In this document: positions 13,943 through 24,692 of the stretch, piece after piece
How positions within the stretch are numbered: the stretch's first letter is position 1
Layout of the letters: every line of letters starts with the position of its first letter
Source: Squalus acanthias
Taxonomy: Eukaryota
Reading direction: 5' to 3'
DNA length: 64,000 nt
Assembly: GCA_030390025.1 (NCBI GenBank)
Contig: CM059425.1
Span: 165,170,001-165,234,000, forward strand
Position numbers and translations under genes: made by a program
Notes under the pieces: generated by a model
The model's input: only the letters and a program-made list of their open reading frames with translations
The model's database searches: none
What the model was told of the DNA's origin: nothing

Positions 13943-14657
13943 GGGGGAAAAATTCAGTTGCTTTGCACCTCCCGTTAGCGCCTCAAGGGGACACTAACGG
14001 GAACGCCCGGGCGTGGCGCCGTTAACGCCTCCCGTGAAATTCAATGGGAGGTTAGCGGTAGCTGGTAACGCCCCGCAGCGCTGCGCCTCCAGATATGACG
14101 TCATCGCCGTACGCAGCGTCCCGGCCACAAATTTGGCTCGCGCCCCCCTGACCTACTGCCGGATGCTATGTCCGACAGGGTCAGGGTGGCGTTTCAGCAG
14201 CCACTGTGGCGTAAGTTAAAGGGCAGGTGCCGGGCGGTCATTTTTTTTCGGGCCGCCTGCCAGCACCTGCTCCCTCTCGCCTCCTCCTGTGGGGTGCCAG
14301 CCGCGATCCGTCAGCCCAGCACTCCACTTGAGTGCCGGGCTCTTTTGCCGGCACCCCACTCCCCGGTGGTCCAGCAGGGCCCCGGTGTGCACTGCGCTCG
14401 GCCCCTCCCCTGTAATCAGTGGAGGGAGGCCTGCAGTACTGTGGCACTAGGTGCCAACGCGCGTGGCGCTGCTTCACATAGTGCTGCAATATTCAATGGG
14501 AGCACCCCAAGAGGGAGAGGGAGCGCTTCCAGTAGCGCCCCACCTCCTGCTTGGGGTGCTACCATTCAATTTCAGGCACGGGGGTGCGAACTTTTTCGGG
14601 GCGCTAAAAACCGGTGAATTTAGCGCCCCAAAGGGGACGTGATCCAATATTCCCCCC
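13943..14657. mobile_element. Harbinger-type MITE (~715 bp)
   Basis: Ends GGGGGAAAAATTCAG / AATATTCCCCCC with a candidate CAA TSD and GCGCC-rich subterminal motifs like the 22725 element. Confidence 0.8.
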
Positions 14658-14705
14658 CAAAACTTTGCATATTATTTTATCAGTTCCTAAACTAGAAAAC
14701 CCAAT

Positions 14706-15598
14706 GGGGTAAAAATTCAGCTGATTGCGCCTCCCGTTAGCGCCTTAAGAGGGCGCTAATGGGGCGCAAAGCCGCTAACGCCCGGGCGCAGCGATGTTTG
14801 CGCCGCTCGGGAACTTAACTTGACATTGTGCGGCGGCGCTAAAACTTATCGCTGCGACCACCTGCGTGCGCAGATTGTGACGTCATTCCATGGTGCAACG
14901 CCCTTGTGGCGCCCCGGAGCGGAAATTGAGTGGCGCCCCCTGCCTTACCACCTGGCGCTTCCAACGACCAGAAGACTGGAACGCTATCAATCGCTGTGGG
15001 GCTGGGGGGGGCGCTATTTAAAGGGGGCCTCTTCCTGTCTTTTATTGTTGGTGGCATTTTTGAACTACGCATTCTGAGAGAGAGAGGGAGAGACTTCTGG
15101 AGAGATTCAACGTTGTGTGAAGGAGTTTTGGGTACTGAGCAGCACTTTGCAGGTTCATTTTGATTTGCCATTCCTTGTATTGATTTAGCAGAGACTGTGG
15201 GAGCTGCACTCTGAGCTCTTTGCCTGGTACTCTCCATTGTTCTTTCCAGCACATTTGATGTGCAAGTCTCTCCAGGCCGAGATTCAAGGCTGCAATGAAC
15301 AGGATGTGGATGGAAAGCAAGATTAACCATCCCCTTTAAGAACTGGCCCGTGCCATTGTGTGTGTGTTCCATTGCTGACTGACATTACATGAGCTTCGCC
15401 AGCGCTCTGAGTTAGCGCCTCACTGCTCGGCCTTTGCGCCTTAAGACAGGTGTGCAGCGCCTGCTTTAGCGCTCCACTCACCTCCCGGGGCGGTAAAAGT
15501 GAAGTTTCCAGTCAGTGCCGATAATTAGCGCCAGGCGCTAATATTTGCGTCCAGACGATATTTGCGCCCCAAATGGGGCGCGACCTAATTTCTACCCC
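14706..15598. mobile_element. Non-autonomous Harbinger (893 bp), relative of 22725-26825
   Basis: TIRs GGGGTAAAAATT / AATTTCTACCCC and AAT TSD. Both arms align to the autonomous element; near-identical to 58276-59172. Confidence 0.93.
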
Positions 15599-15864
15599 AA
15601 TGTATAAAATTTAAGGAAATGCAACTTTGATTTTTTCCTGAGATTCTTACAACTGTGGTACAGTATAGTTTATTTCAAAAGTATTTGCCTCCTGTAATGT
15701 TTGACTGACCGGGGGGGTGGGGGGGGGAGGGTGGCGAGATTTAATGCATCTCATTGGAAGCAGTTTCTAGTTACATAGTCTGAGCTCTCCATAGTTACCA
15801 GTTATCCCAGCAGCATTTTACTGTATAGTTTATAGCTCACCGCTGCTTTCTCCCGGCTCTATCC

Positions 15865-16150
15865 GTTCTCAACGGCTGCATGCACGGACGTGCTTTGGAG
15901 AGGGTGGTAAGAGGACCGGCGACATCCAAAATCAATGAGCGTGCATCAATTCAACGTTGCATGCCGATTGATGTCACACTCCTGGTAATTAAAATACTAG
16001 AGGCAAGCGCAGGCAACGGCAGCGCTGCCGACCTGCCCAATATGGTGGCCGCTGCGTTCCGCGCCGGAAGTGGGCAGAAGCGAGGTAGCTGCCATTTTTT
16101 CTACAAAACCAGCCTTAATGGCTGGAGTAAAAGCATTGAATTTCTAGGTC
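15865..16150. mobile_element. MITE right arm (TIR GAATTTCTAGGTC)
   Basis: Inverted match to 11928-11940, followed by AGG. Confidence 0.6.
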
Positions 16151-16841
16151 AGGATGTTTTAACTACCTGATTGTGCCGTTTTACTTTAGATTATTTGAGT
16201 AATAGTCTGATAAGCTAACAAAAATCATATTTTAAAGCAAACCTCAACACTGATTACAATCTCAGCTGGAAATTAATACTGATTCATGTTGCCAATGTTT
16301 TGTTTTAATCTGTTTTGCAATGATGGAAATGGCTACAATTATCTGTATTGTACAGAGCAAGAGGCAATCATATCCACTTCTTTATCTGTTGTTGGAAGGT
16401 TTTCCTTGTTGTATTACAGAACTGTGAATAAAGCCTTGTTAAAAGTTGGATAGCCAGGTGGTGAAGGATAGAATACTAGAGCCTAGAGGGAGGAATTCAA
16501 TATAGCCCAGGAATGGGCGGTAACTTTTGAAAATGTTGGGAATTAGCGCCAGGCGCTAATGCTGCAGACTGCACGCAAAATTAAGTCTCATTGCACAAAG
16601 AAAGGATTGGAGCGCTAAATCAAGCACTAATGGCCTAGCTCAGTGGTGTTAAACTCGAAGCGCTGACCAATATCAGGTGCAGTCCAATCACAAGTCATCA
16701 TTGCCACTGGCTCTTTCCAGTTCTTAAAGGGAAGGTTCATTGATGCTGCAGAACCTTGTTCTCATCATTGCTGGCTGTGCAGCCATCTCAGCTAGCAGCA
16801 GCAGGTCAAGGAGAAGGAGCCGGACGACTCAAGCAGCCATA

Positions 16842-18723
16842 ATGATGGCAGATCCCAGGGAGCGAGCCCGCAGATTCTGCGACCATACATTGGAGGCATT
16901 GGTGTTCGCAGTGGAAAGATGGAGGGCGGTGCTCTACCCGGCAAGTGTCAGGAGGCCCTCGCCGCAAGTCTTCCGCACCATGTGGAGGGAGGTAGCCCAG
17001 CACATCTCGGGCAGCGCTGTGGTCCCCAGGACCCACACACAGTGCAGGAAGAAATTTAATGACCTCACTCGGGTGGTCAGGGTGAGTCAATGCTTCAACA
17101 AATGTTACATACCACCATCTGAACCACAGTCTGCACACACTGCCCAAAGCACCACACCCCCAGCACTCATCTACCAACAATCTCTACCTACCAACACTCA
17201 CACCCACGTCTCACACCTTGCACACAGTCACAGCTACTCAACTATGGTAGGCACACTAACCAGACACATTGCTCCACACACACTTTCCTTTCTCTTGCAG
17301 GCCAAAGTGGCTCACAACAGGAGGGAGCAGAAGCGCACAGGCGGGGGACAAGCCGACACCCAACCACTGTCTGAGCTGGAGACTCGAATGCTGCAGATCA
17401 TTGGGTGCCAGGTGGTGGGCGCCATGGCCACTGGCGACATTGACCCCCTTGGGGACAACAATGGTATGATCATCCCTACTCCTTCTTCTCACATCCCACT
17501 TCCCCCTCACCCCACAAGCGTTTTGCACTTTCCAGCTAATCATGCTGTATGCATGCATTTCTCCCTTCCTGCCTCCTCCCCGCATCTTAACCTAAATCTA
17601 TGTCTTTATGCTTTCAGATAATGAACAAGCACCTGAGCAGCCTGTCCCTGAGGGTACTGTTGAGAGCGAGGCGGGAGAAGACGAGGAGGAAGAAGACACC
17701 ACGTCACTGCATGTCTCACCCGCAGGCACCAGCGCAGATACTGGCACTACGCATTCTTTAGAGGCTAGTATAGTAGTTGGATGAAGCACCAGGGATGATC
17801 AGGCTGCAGCAAGGCCAGGGGAAAAGGGGAGCTCAGGAGCCAGCTCCCCGGAGGGCGACTTCGCGCGCAAGTAATGCTGCACAGGGCTCAGATGAGGACC
17901 TCAATGGGGAGGCCTTTAGAAGAAGGGTGATGGGCATGCACACAGAGATGATAGGTGCAATGGCAAGGGTGCCCGAGAGCCTCTCGGCAATGGTAAGGAG
18001 CATGGAGGAGTCCACCTCCAACATTGCACAGAGCTCTGCGCACACCATGGAACCCATCATTTCCAGTCTGCAAAGGATGGTAGACTCCCAGAGAGACCAT
18101 GGTGACCCATACCTGATGCCGTGTGTGATGGGCGATCTGGTAGCTTCCATTGCAGCACAGGCGGAAGCGACGCAACGTCTTAGTGCTGTAATGCAGTCTA
18201 TGCTTGGTGGCATTCAATCTCAGACTGCTCTCATGCAGTCTTAGCTTGATGCAATGCAAGCTGTGACTGCTGCCATCGTGGCTGGGTCTACCACCGTCGA
18301 CCATGGCTTTCATGGTGTCGCAGCAGGCCAGCAATCTGTGCTGCAACAGATTGCTAGGAATACTGAGGTGCTGCTCTGGGGGAGTGGCAGTAGGTCAGTG
18401 GAGCAGGAAGCTACTGTCCTCTCTTAGGATGACAGCATTCCTGCTTCCACCACTGGCACTCCGCCATTGTCCTTGTCACTGCCTGTCATTCAGCCAGCCC
18501 AGACACTGCTGCCCATGCTAAGGTGGTGCAGTCTACAGCCAGGCCTTCCAGGTCCAGAGCTGATTGAGGGCGTCCTGCAAGACCATCTGAAGTCTCCCGC
18601 ATGGACACTCAGCAGCCTTCCTCCAGCCAGGCTGCAGCCACTGGGCCAACACTTTGTAGGAGCACTAGATTAGGCAAAGGCACAGTAATGAGAGGCACTA
18701 AGGGATTGCACAAGGGTGATTAG
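16842..18723 (+). pseudogene. Myb/SANT-like DNA-binding gene of Harbinger-2 (exons 16842-17081, 17301-17463, 17618-~18723), exon 3 disrupted
   Basis: WREVAQ...QCRKKFNDLTRVVR|GTGAGT, ttgcag|AKVAHNRR, G|GTATGA, tttcag|. Exon 3 has a frameshift near 17780 and a TAG at 18242. Confidence 0.85.
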
Positions 18724-18849
18724 TTCATATTTTTGTTGTAAATATGTGTTTACTGATTATTGATAAATTTATTAATTCAGTTTGGATTATTTTGTGGCGT
18801 CTCTCATTTCAACTTTGCATTGTGATATGGCCTGGGGATGTGGTGAGCA

Positions 18850-20012
18850 ATGGGGATCTGGGGTTTAATTTATTGGAACCGCAGTAGGATGATGCGGTCA
18901 TGGACCGCCCTTCCGGAAGGCCGATTGAGTGGCTGCCTCCTCCCTTGCTCCTGTTCCTCGTCCTCCTCCTCCTCCTCGTCTCCCTTTTCCTCCTCCTGAG
19001 GTGGTCCCGCAATCCCTGGTGGCAAGGGCTAGGCCCTCAATACGACCAAGTTGTGGAGCATGCAGCAGACCATGACGAAATGGGACACTCGCTCCGGTGA
19101 GTACTGGAGGGATCCTCCCGAGTGGTCAAGGCAGCGGAACCGTTGCTTGAGCACCCCGATGTTCTGCTCGATGATGTTCTTGGTGGTGGCATAGCTCTCA
19201 TTATATGAGTGTTGGGCAGGAGTGTTGGGGTTGCGGAGGGGAGTCATGAGCCAGGTGGAGAGCCGATAGCCCTTGTCTCCGACCAGCCAGCCGCGAGCTT
19301 GACGTGGTGGGTGGAAGAGTGCTGGCACACCAGTCTGGTGCAGGATGAAGCCATCGTGTCTGCTGCCAGGGGAACGGGCATTCACATTGAGGATTCTCTG
19401 TGTGTGGTCGTTGCAGATTAATTGAGTGGTAGCCTTTGCGGTTACGGAAGACCTCAGGATTGTTATGCGGTGCCTGCAAAGCCACATGGGTGCAGTCAAT
19501 GGTGCCCTGCCCCATGGGGAAGCCTGCTATCCTGACAAAGCCACATGCACGTTCTTCCTGCTTCTCTCTGGTGATGGGGAAGGAAATGTAGTCCCTTCTC
19601 CTACTGTGACCTCACGGATGCAGTGATGGACAGCGAACTGCGAGATGTTAGCTATAGCCCCTGTTGCAGAATGAAAGGAACCACTGGCGAAGAAATTGAG
19701 GGCGACGGTGCCCTTGACTGCCACTGAAAGAGCCGTGGTTGACCTGATCTGAGGCTTGAGGTCTGGTTGCAGGAGATGGCAGATTTCTGTGACCACCTTC
19801 TTGCTGAAGCGGAGCCTTCTAATACACTGCTTCGTGCTTAATTGGAGGTAGGAGAAGTGCTCTCGGAATACCCTTGGAGGGTAAGGCCTCCTAGTGAGAG
19901 CCCTCATGGCCCTTCTCCTCCCTCTGGCCATATGTTCCAATCTTTCTCGCTGCCTCCACTCCCTCCACTGTGGTTCCTGGAGGGCGAGGTCGACTGTCAG
20001 CATAGCCCCCAT
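18850..20012 (-). pseudogene. Harbinger DDE transposase of Harbinger-2, frameshifted
   Basis: MGAM...RRLRFSKK, GTIDCTHVAL, FRNRKGYHSIN, GDKGY, IEQNIGVLKQRFRCL and CCMLHN are split across three frames. Confidence 0.9.
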
Positions 20013-20516
20013 TAATGTAACCAAGTGTAGCACTTTGATATGTTGTGAGAATAAATGTAACTAATTGTTAGTAGCCACAACACTCCTGATACTAAACAAC
20101 CTTTAAATGACTGAATGAAACTGTTGCACAATGTCAAACTGACAAGGAAGCAGTGAAATAGCACTAACCTGACAGCTGCGACTCATTACTCATGATCTCT
20201 TTGAATAGCGCCCCTGGAGCTTGCATCCACCTGCTTGACACCTCCTCCTGTTGCTGTCGGGGTGAGGCACTAAGGCAGGGGGCGACAATAAATTTTGCAG
20301 ATCGGGCGCCCAGTGAGTGTTGTACGCTCACTGATGTCACGATCTGCCTGGCGCTGAGGTTCCCGGCAGTAATTCATAGTGGCAGCGCTAAAGGAGGGCC
20401 AGATTTGGCGTACTTTGCTGGATTCGCCTCGCCACGGCGCTACTGCATCAGCACCCCATTAGTGCCCCTGCCAAGTGCTAACTGGAGGCGCTAACCAACT
20501 GAATTTTCCTCCCTAG

Positions 20517-20725
20517 TCTTTAGTTGCTTACAAGCCTTTATTTACAGAGACACACATTACATAATGTGCACCCCTAAGATAAACTTGCATCCACTTCCTG
20601 AGCCTGCTCCATATATACGTGGCGCACACGGTGGTCGTGATTGACAGGGGCACCTGGGAAGGAAATGTGTAATCAAGTTAGGGTGAACGGTACAGTGTAT
20701 GTGTGTTGTACCTCATATTACAACA
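20517..20725 (-). repeat. Possible short LTR (Gypsy-like) fragment adjoining Harbinger-2
   Basis: Minus strand starts TGTTGTAATATG and contains TATATA followed by AATAAA; no TSD found. Confidence 0.35.
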
Positions 20726-21655
20726 TGAGAAATTAAAAGTTAGGGTATTCAGGGATGAGTTTCGTGAACCGGAGACTCTTCTGGGGACATTGGCCGGAAT
20801 TTTCCTTAGCTTGGTGGGTCCGGTGCGGGCAGTGGTCGTGGCGGGTCGTGACCCTGCTGCTGGCTCCATCCCCCTGCTGAAAATGAACTTACCCTAATGG
20901 GGCCTATTAAGCCCGCCCAGTGTGTTACTCGGAACAATTAGATGTAGCGGGTCTGGTGACGTCATTCATGATGCGTTTTCAGCCAGGATCCTTAAAGGGA
21001 CCCTGGCCACATTACATTTAATGTTTAGCCTAACAAAGTGGGTGTTGAATCTTTACTCTACAATAATATAATAAAAGTTATATATGAGTGACAAAGAAAT
21101 ATTTAAATAATATTATCGTGAAGTAATGTGACGCCATCTACAAATACGATCAAGAACATAATTTAAAAAGTACATTAATTGGGAAGTTATTGGTGCTTTA
21201 GTCACAAATCTATAGACTTTTGTATCAGTAACTGGTACAAATAAAAGAGGTGTGTGTATAGGTAATACATAAAATTAAGCAGATTTTAAATGTAATTGTA
21301 AAGGGGTGGGTTTACAATCTTATGCAAGTTCAGCGGAAGAGCTGCGGAATCCCTGACAAAAAGTGTAAGTGGTGATTACAATGTGTTGCTGGGATTTCTT
21401 CTATTGAAGTTAACAATGGACAAGTGAGAGAACCTCCGCAGAAATTCACCCCCAAAGTCTCAGACTGAAAAATTAAATTAGTCATATTCAGGGACTGAAA
21501 GCAAATTGAACCAGTGGAATGAGTGATGAGAGTGAAATTGTTACGGTTGATGACTTGATTTAATGTGTAACTGGACAATCACAGTATACTGTGAGAAAAA
21601 CCTGACCGGAAACAACACAAAAATTTATTTAAATGGTATATGTCATTTTTTATAG

Positions 21656-21744
21656 TGCAGATCAATTCAGTGCAATTACTGTTGATTTGGAAGGCAACAG
21701 CCGAGAATGGCCAGTGAAAAAATGTATTTCCCATACCATCCAGG
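21656..21744 (+). CDS. Candidate host exon (phase 2 to 1): ADQFSAITVDLEGNSREWPVKKCISHTIQ
   Basis: T-rich TTTTTATAG acceptor and CAGG|GTAGGA donor; only one frame is open; unique sequence context. Confidence 0.4.
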
Positions 21745-21876
21745 GTAGGATGGGCACCTTCAGCACTCGCATCCCTTCAGGAATTTCTGAATTAACATTT
21801 ACCAGTAGCTTTTCAAGTAGAACAGAACCTCCATCAATCTGTTAGCTGATGTAATCAACATGTTTTTATTTTGAAA

Positions 21877-22240
21877 TAACAACAGAAAACGCTGGAAAAA
21901 CTCAGCAGGCCAGGCAGCATCCGTGGAGAGAGAAAGAGAGTTAACGTTTCAGGTCGATGACCTTTCGTCAGAACTGTGAAGAGCCGGAAATCAAATAGAT
22001 TTAAGGCCAGAGTAAAGCTGGGAAAAGGGGGAGGGGATAAAAGAACAAAGGGGGAGATGAAGCGACATTAAGAGACATTAAGAGATATGCAAGGCTAGAG
22101 GTGGTGTTAATGTGACAGATTAAGGCTGAAAGAAGTGTGAAATCCACTGGCAGAATGAAGGACAGCTGCCAGCTTCTAGGAGGGAAAAAAAATGGTGGGG
22201 GGGGCAAATAAAAGGATGGAAAAAATAAAATATAAATGTG
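21877..22240 (-). mobile_element. Penelope-like 3'-terminal fragment with minimal hammerhead motif
   Basis: Similar to 55560-55860; contains the hammerhead core at 21939-21975. Confidence 0.7.
21939..21975 (-). ncRNA. Minimal type-I hammerhead ribozyme motif (Penelope-type)
   Basis: AGTT-CTGACGA-A-AGGTC-ATC-GACCT-GAAACGTT-AACT: stem I, CUGANGA, stem II, GAAA and a loopless palindromic stem III. Confidence 0.7.
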
Positions 22241-22599
22241 ATTGGAGCTGAGGTTTGTTTTTCATGCTGTCAAGCAATCAGCTGGAGCAATGGCCACGGA
22301 ACTCACGCCTCAGGTTGACAGACGTGGTTCCCGAGCTGCGTGAATCCCATGGCCATGCAGGGAAATTAAAAAAGTAAGTGAAAAAAGACTCTAAAGTGCC
22401 TGTAAACTACCTGATAATCATCTCAATTGGGTCGCCCACTGCTGCCGGTCTGGACGGCTTCACGATGACAGATGCGCCTGTGGGAAAGGCACGTGGGAGC
22501 GAGATGACAGCGGGTTCCCGACCCGCTGTCAACAATAACAACTTTCCCACCTGACCTGCCACCGATCTTGCCTGCTACCACCCTGGAAAACTCAGCCCA

Positions 22600-22669
22600 T
22601 TGTTTGCCCAGGGACACAGTACCTCAACCGGGGACTGTCCCCGGAAAATGGGGACGTATGGTCACCCTA
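22600..22669. mobile_element. hAT (Blackjack-like) MITE end fragment
   Basis: Ends TATGGTCACCCTA (reverse complement TAGGGTGACCATA) with GGGAC subterminal repeats. Confidence 0.45.
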
Positions 22670-23034
22670 GATTAAAGTCTCAAATCAACGAACCTGCTTG
22701 TAATTACATCATTTATGCTTCTTAGGGGTAAAAATTCAGTTGGTTGCGCCTCCCGTTAGCGCCTTAAGAGGGCGCTAATGGGGCGTTAAGCCGCTAATGC
22801 CCGGGCGCAGCGCTGTTTGCGCCGCTCGAGAACTTAACTTGAGATTGTGCGGCGGCGCTAAAACTTACCGCTGCGACCACCTGCGCGCGCAGATTGTGAC
22901 GTCATTCCATGGTGCAACGCCCTTGGGGCGCCCCGGAGCGGAAATTGAGTGGCGTCCCCTGCCTTACCGCCTGGCGCTTCCAACGACCGGAAGACTGGAA
23001 CGTTATCAATCGCTGTGGGGCTGGGGGGGGGCGC

Positions 23035-23047
23035 TATTTAAAGGGGG
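23035..23047 (+). promoter_or_regulatory. Candidate TATA-like element upstream of transposase
   Basis: TATTTAAAGGGGG ~200 bp before the ATG, retained in both non-autonomous copies; a similar CTTAAAG-G-run lies upstream of the Myb gene (~26560, minus). Confidence 0.3.
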
Positions 23048-23237
23048 CCTCTTCCTGTCTTTTTCTGTGGTCGACATTTATGCACCACTCGTTCTGAGAG
23101 AGAGAGAGAGATTCGGAGAGAGAGAGAGAGAGACTTCTACATTGACTCAACGCTTTGTGAGGTAGTTTGGCCTAGTTCATCCTAACTTTGTTGCTACTTT
23201 AGTTGCTGTACCTCATTACTTTTCTGGCAAAGAGAAT

Positions 23238-24398
23238 ATGGGGGCTGCAATGATTGGGGGCGTCGTCCTGCTCCAGCTGAATCGGAGGATAGTGAGACGC
23301 AGACAGAGAGTGGCAATGATGGCCAGACGGAGGAGGGCCATCAGGCGCATGTACAGGAGAGCTTACCCTCCCAGGGTATATCGTGAACAGCTCTCCTACA
23401 TCCATATGTCCGAGGAGCTGTGTTTGCGAAGGCTGCGATTCAGCAAGGAGGTGGTCACTGAGCTCTGCCACCTGCTGCAGCCAGATCTGCAGCCTCAGCT
23501 GAGGTCCAGGACGTCTCTGTCGGTGGCAGTGAAGGTCACAGTGGCTTTGAACTTCTACGCCACTGGCTCATTCCAAGCTGCTGTTGGGGACCTCGCCAAT
23601 ATCTCCCAGTTTGCGGTGCATCGCTGCATCCGGCAGGTCACCAATGCCCTCTTCAGAAGGAGACGAGACTTCATCTCTTTCCCTATGACCCCAGACAAGC
23701 AGCATGACCGTGCTATGGGCTTTGCGAGGGTAGCGGGCTTCCCCATGGTGCAGGGCGCCATTGACTGCACGCATGTGGCTTTGCGTGCTCCGCGAGAGAA
23801 TGCAGAGGAGTTCCGGAACAGAAAGGGGTTCCATTCCTTGAATGTGCAGTTGGTCTGTGACCACAGACAGGTGATTCTCGCTGTCAATGCCCACTATCCG
23901 GGCAGCTGCCACGATGCTTTCATCCTGCGCCAGACTACTGTGGCAGAACTTTTCGAGGCACCGCATCAGCCAGTTGGTTGGCTTCTGGGGGACAAGGGGT
24001 ACGCATTGAGCACCTGGATGATGACACCGCTCCGTGCGCCAAACACCCCTGCTGAGCTGCGGTACCAGGAAAGCCATCAAGCAACCAGGAACATTATTGA
24101 GCGCACAATCGGCGTGCTGAAACACCGGTTCCACTGTCTGGACCATTCCGGAGGAGCCCTGCAGTACTCGCCTGAGCAAGTTTCGAAGTTCGTAGTCGTG
24201 TGCTGCATGTTGCACAACATGGCAATCCTCAGGACCCAGCCAATGCCACCAGGCCTTGTAGCACCACCAGAGGAGGAGGAGGAAGAGGAGGAACAGGACG
24301 AGGACGATGATCATCAGCAGCACCAAGGCAGGAGGGCGGCCCACAATGGTCAAACTGCAAGGGCCGTCCGTCAACGACTAATAGCAAGCCGCTTCTAG
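23238..24398 (+). CDS. Harbinger transposase (HARBI1-like DDE nuclease), 386 aa, uninterrupted
   Basis: N-terminal HTH-like region (RRLRFSKE..., ISQFAVHRC), GAIDCTH, RNRKGFHSLNVQ, PGSCHDA, GDKGY, IERTIGVLK, CCMLHN and an acidic tail. Confidence 0.96.
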   Translation: MGAAMIGGVVLLQLNRRIVRRRQRVAMMARRRRAIRRMYRRAYPPRVYREQLSYIHMSEELCLRRLRFSKEVVTELCHLLQPDLQPQLRSRTSLSVAVKVTVALNFYATGSFQAAVGDLANISQFAVHRCIRQVTNALFRRRRDFISFPMTPDKQHDRAMGFARVAGFPMVQGAIDCTHVALRAPRENAEEFRNRKGFHSLNVQLVCDHRQVILAVNAHYPGSCHDAFILRQTTVAELFEAPHQPVGWLLGDKGYALSTWMMTPLRAPNTPAELRYQESHQATRNIIERTIGVLKHRFHCLDHSGGALQYSPEQVSKFVVVCCMLHNMAILRTQPMPPGLVAPPEEEEEEEEQDEDDDHQQHQGRRAAHNGQTARAVRQRLIASRF

Positions 24399-24692
24399 GG
24401 CCCCTGCCATTGCTACAAACACGAATCAACCCAGCACGCAACCCCTAAGCCGGCCAAGGCACCAATAATTCCAACCACCAGCCATGTATATTTTGAATCC
24501 AGAAACTTATTTATTTTACAAACTCTGTGTGTGTCAATTCCTCATGACAAACTCATAGAAATAAACACAAAAAAACAGTCAATAACATAACTGGTTCTCA
24601 CAACCTGGAGATAATGTCCAAAACACTAAACAAAAGTTGGGCCATGAACCTCGGCCTTTAATAAAAAAATGACCAGCATTTTGGCACACCTC

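Larger units (their letters stand above)
16487..20513 (-). mobile_element. Second full-length Harbinger transposon (decayed, ~4.0 kb, opposite orientation)
   Basis: Ends AGGGAGGAATTC / CTGAATTTTCCTCCC with TAG on both flanks; convergent Myb-like and transposase genes inside. Confidence 0.88.

Noticed and set aside
16740..17621. 293-aa ORF as a single-exon gene
   Set aside because: It reads through an in-frame intron (17082-17300) and into intron 2; splice sites match the paralog.
23238..24398. Domesticated host HARBI1 gene or bacterial IS5 transposase
   Set aside because: It lies within TIRs/TSD with a spliced Myb partner and MITE relatives in a vertebrate repeat context, so it is a transposon gene.
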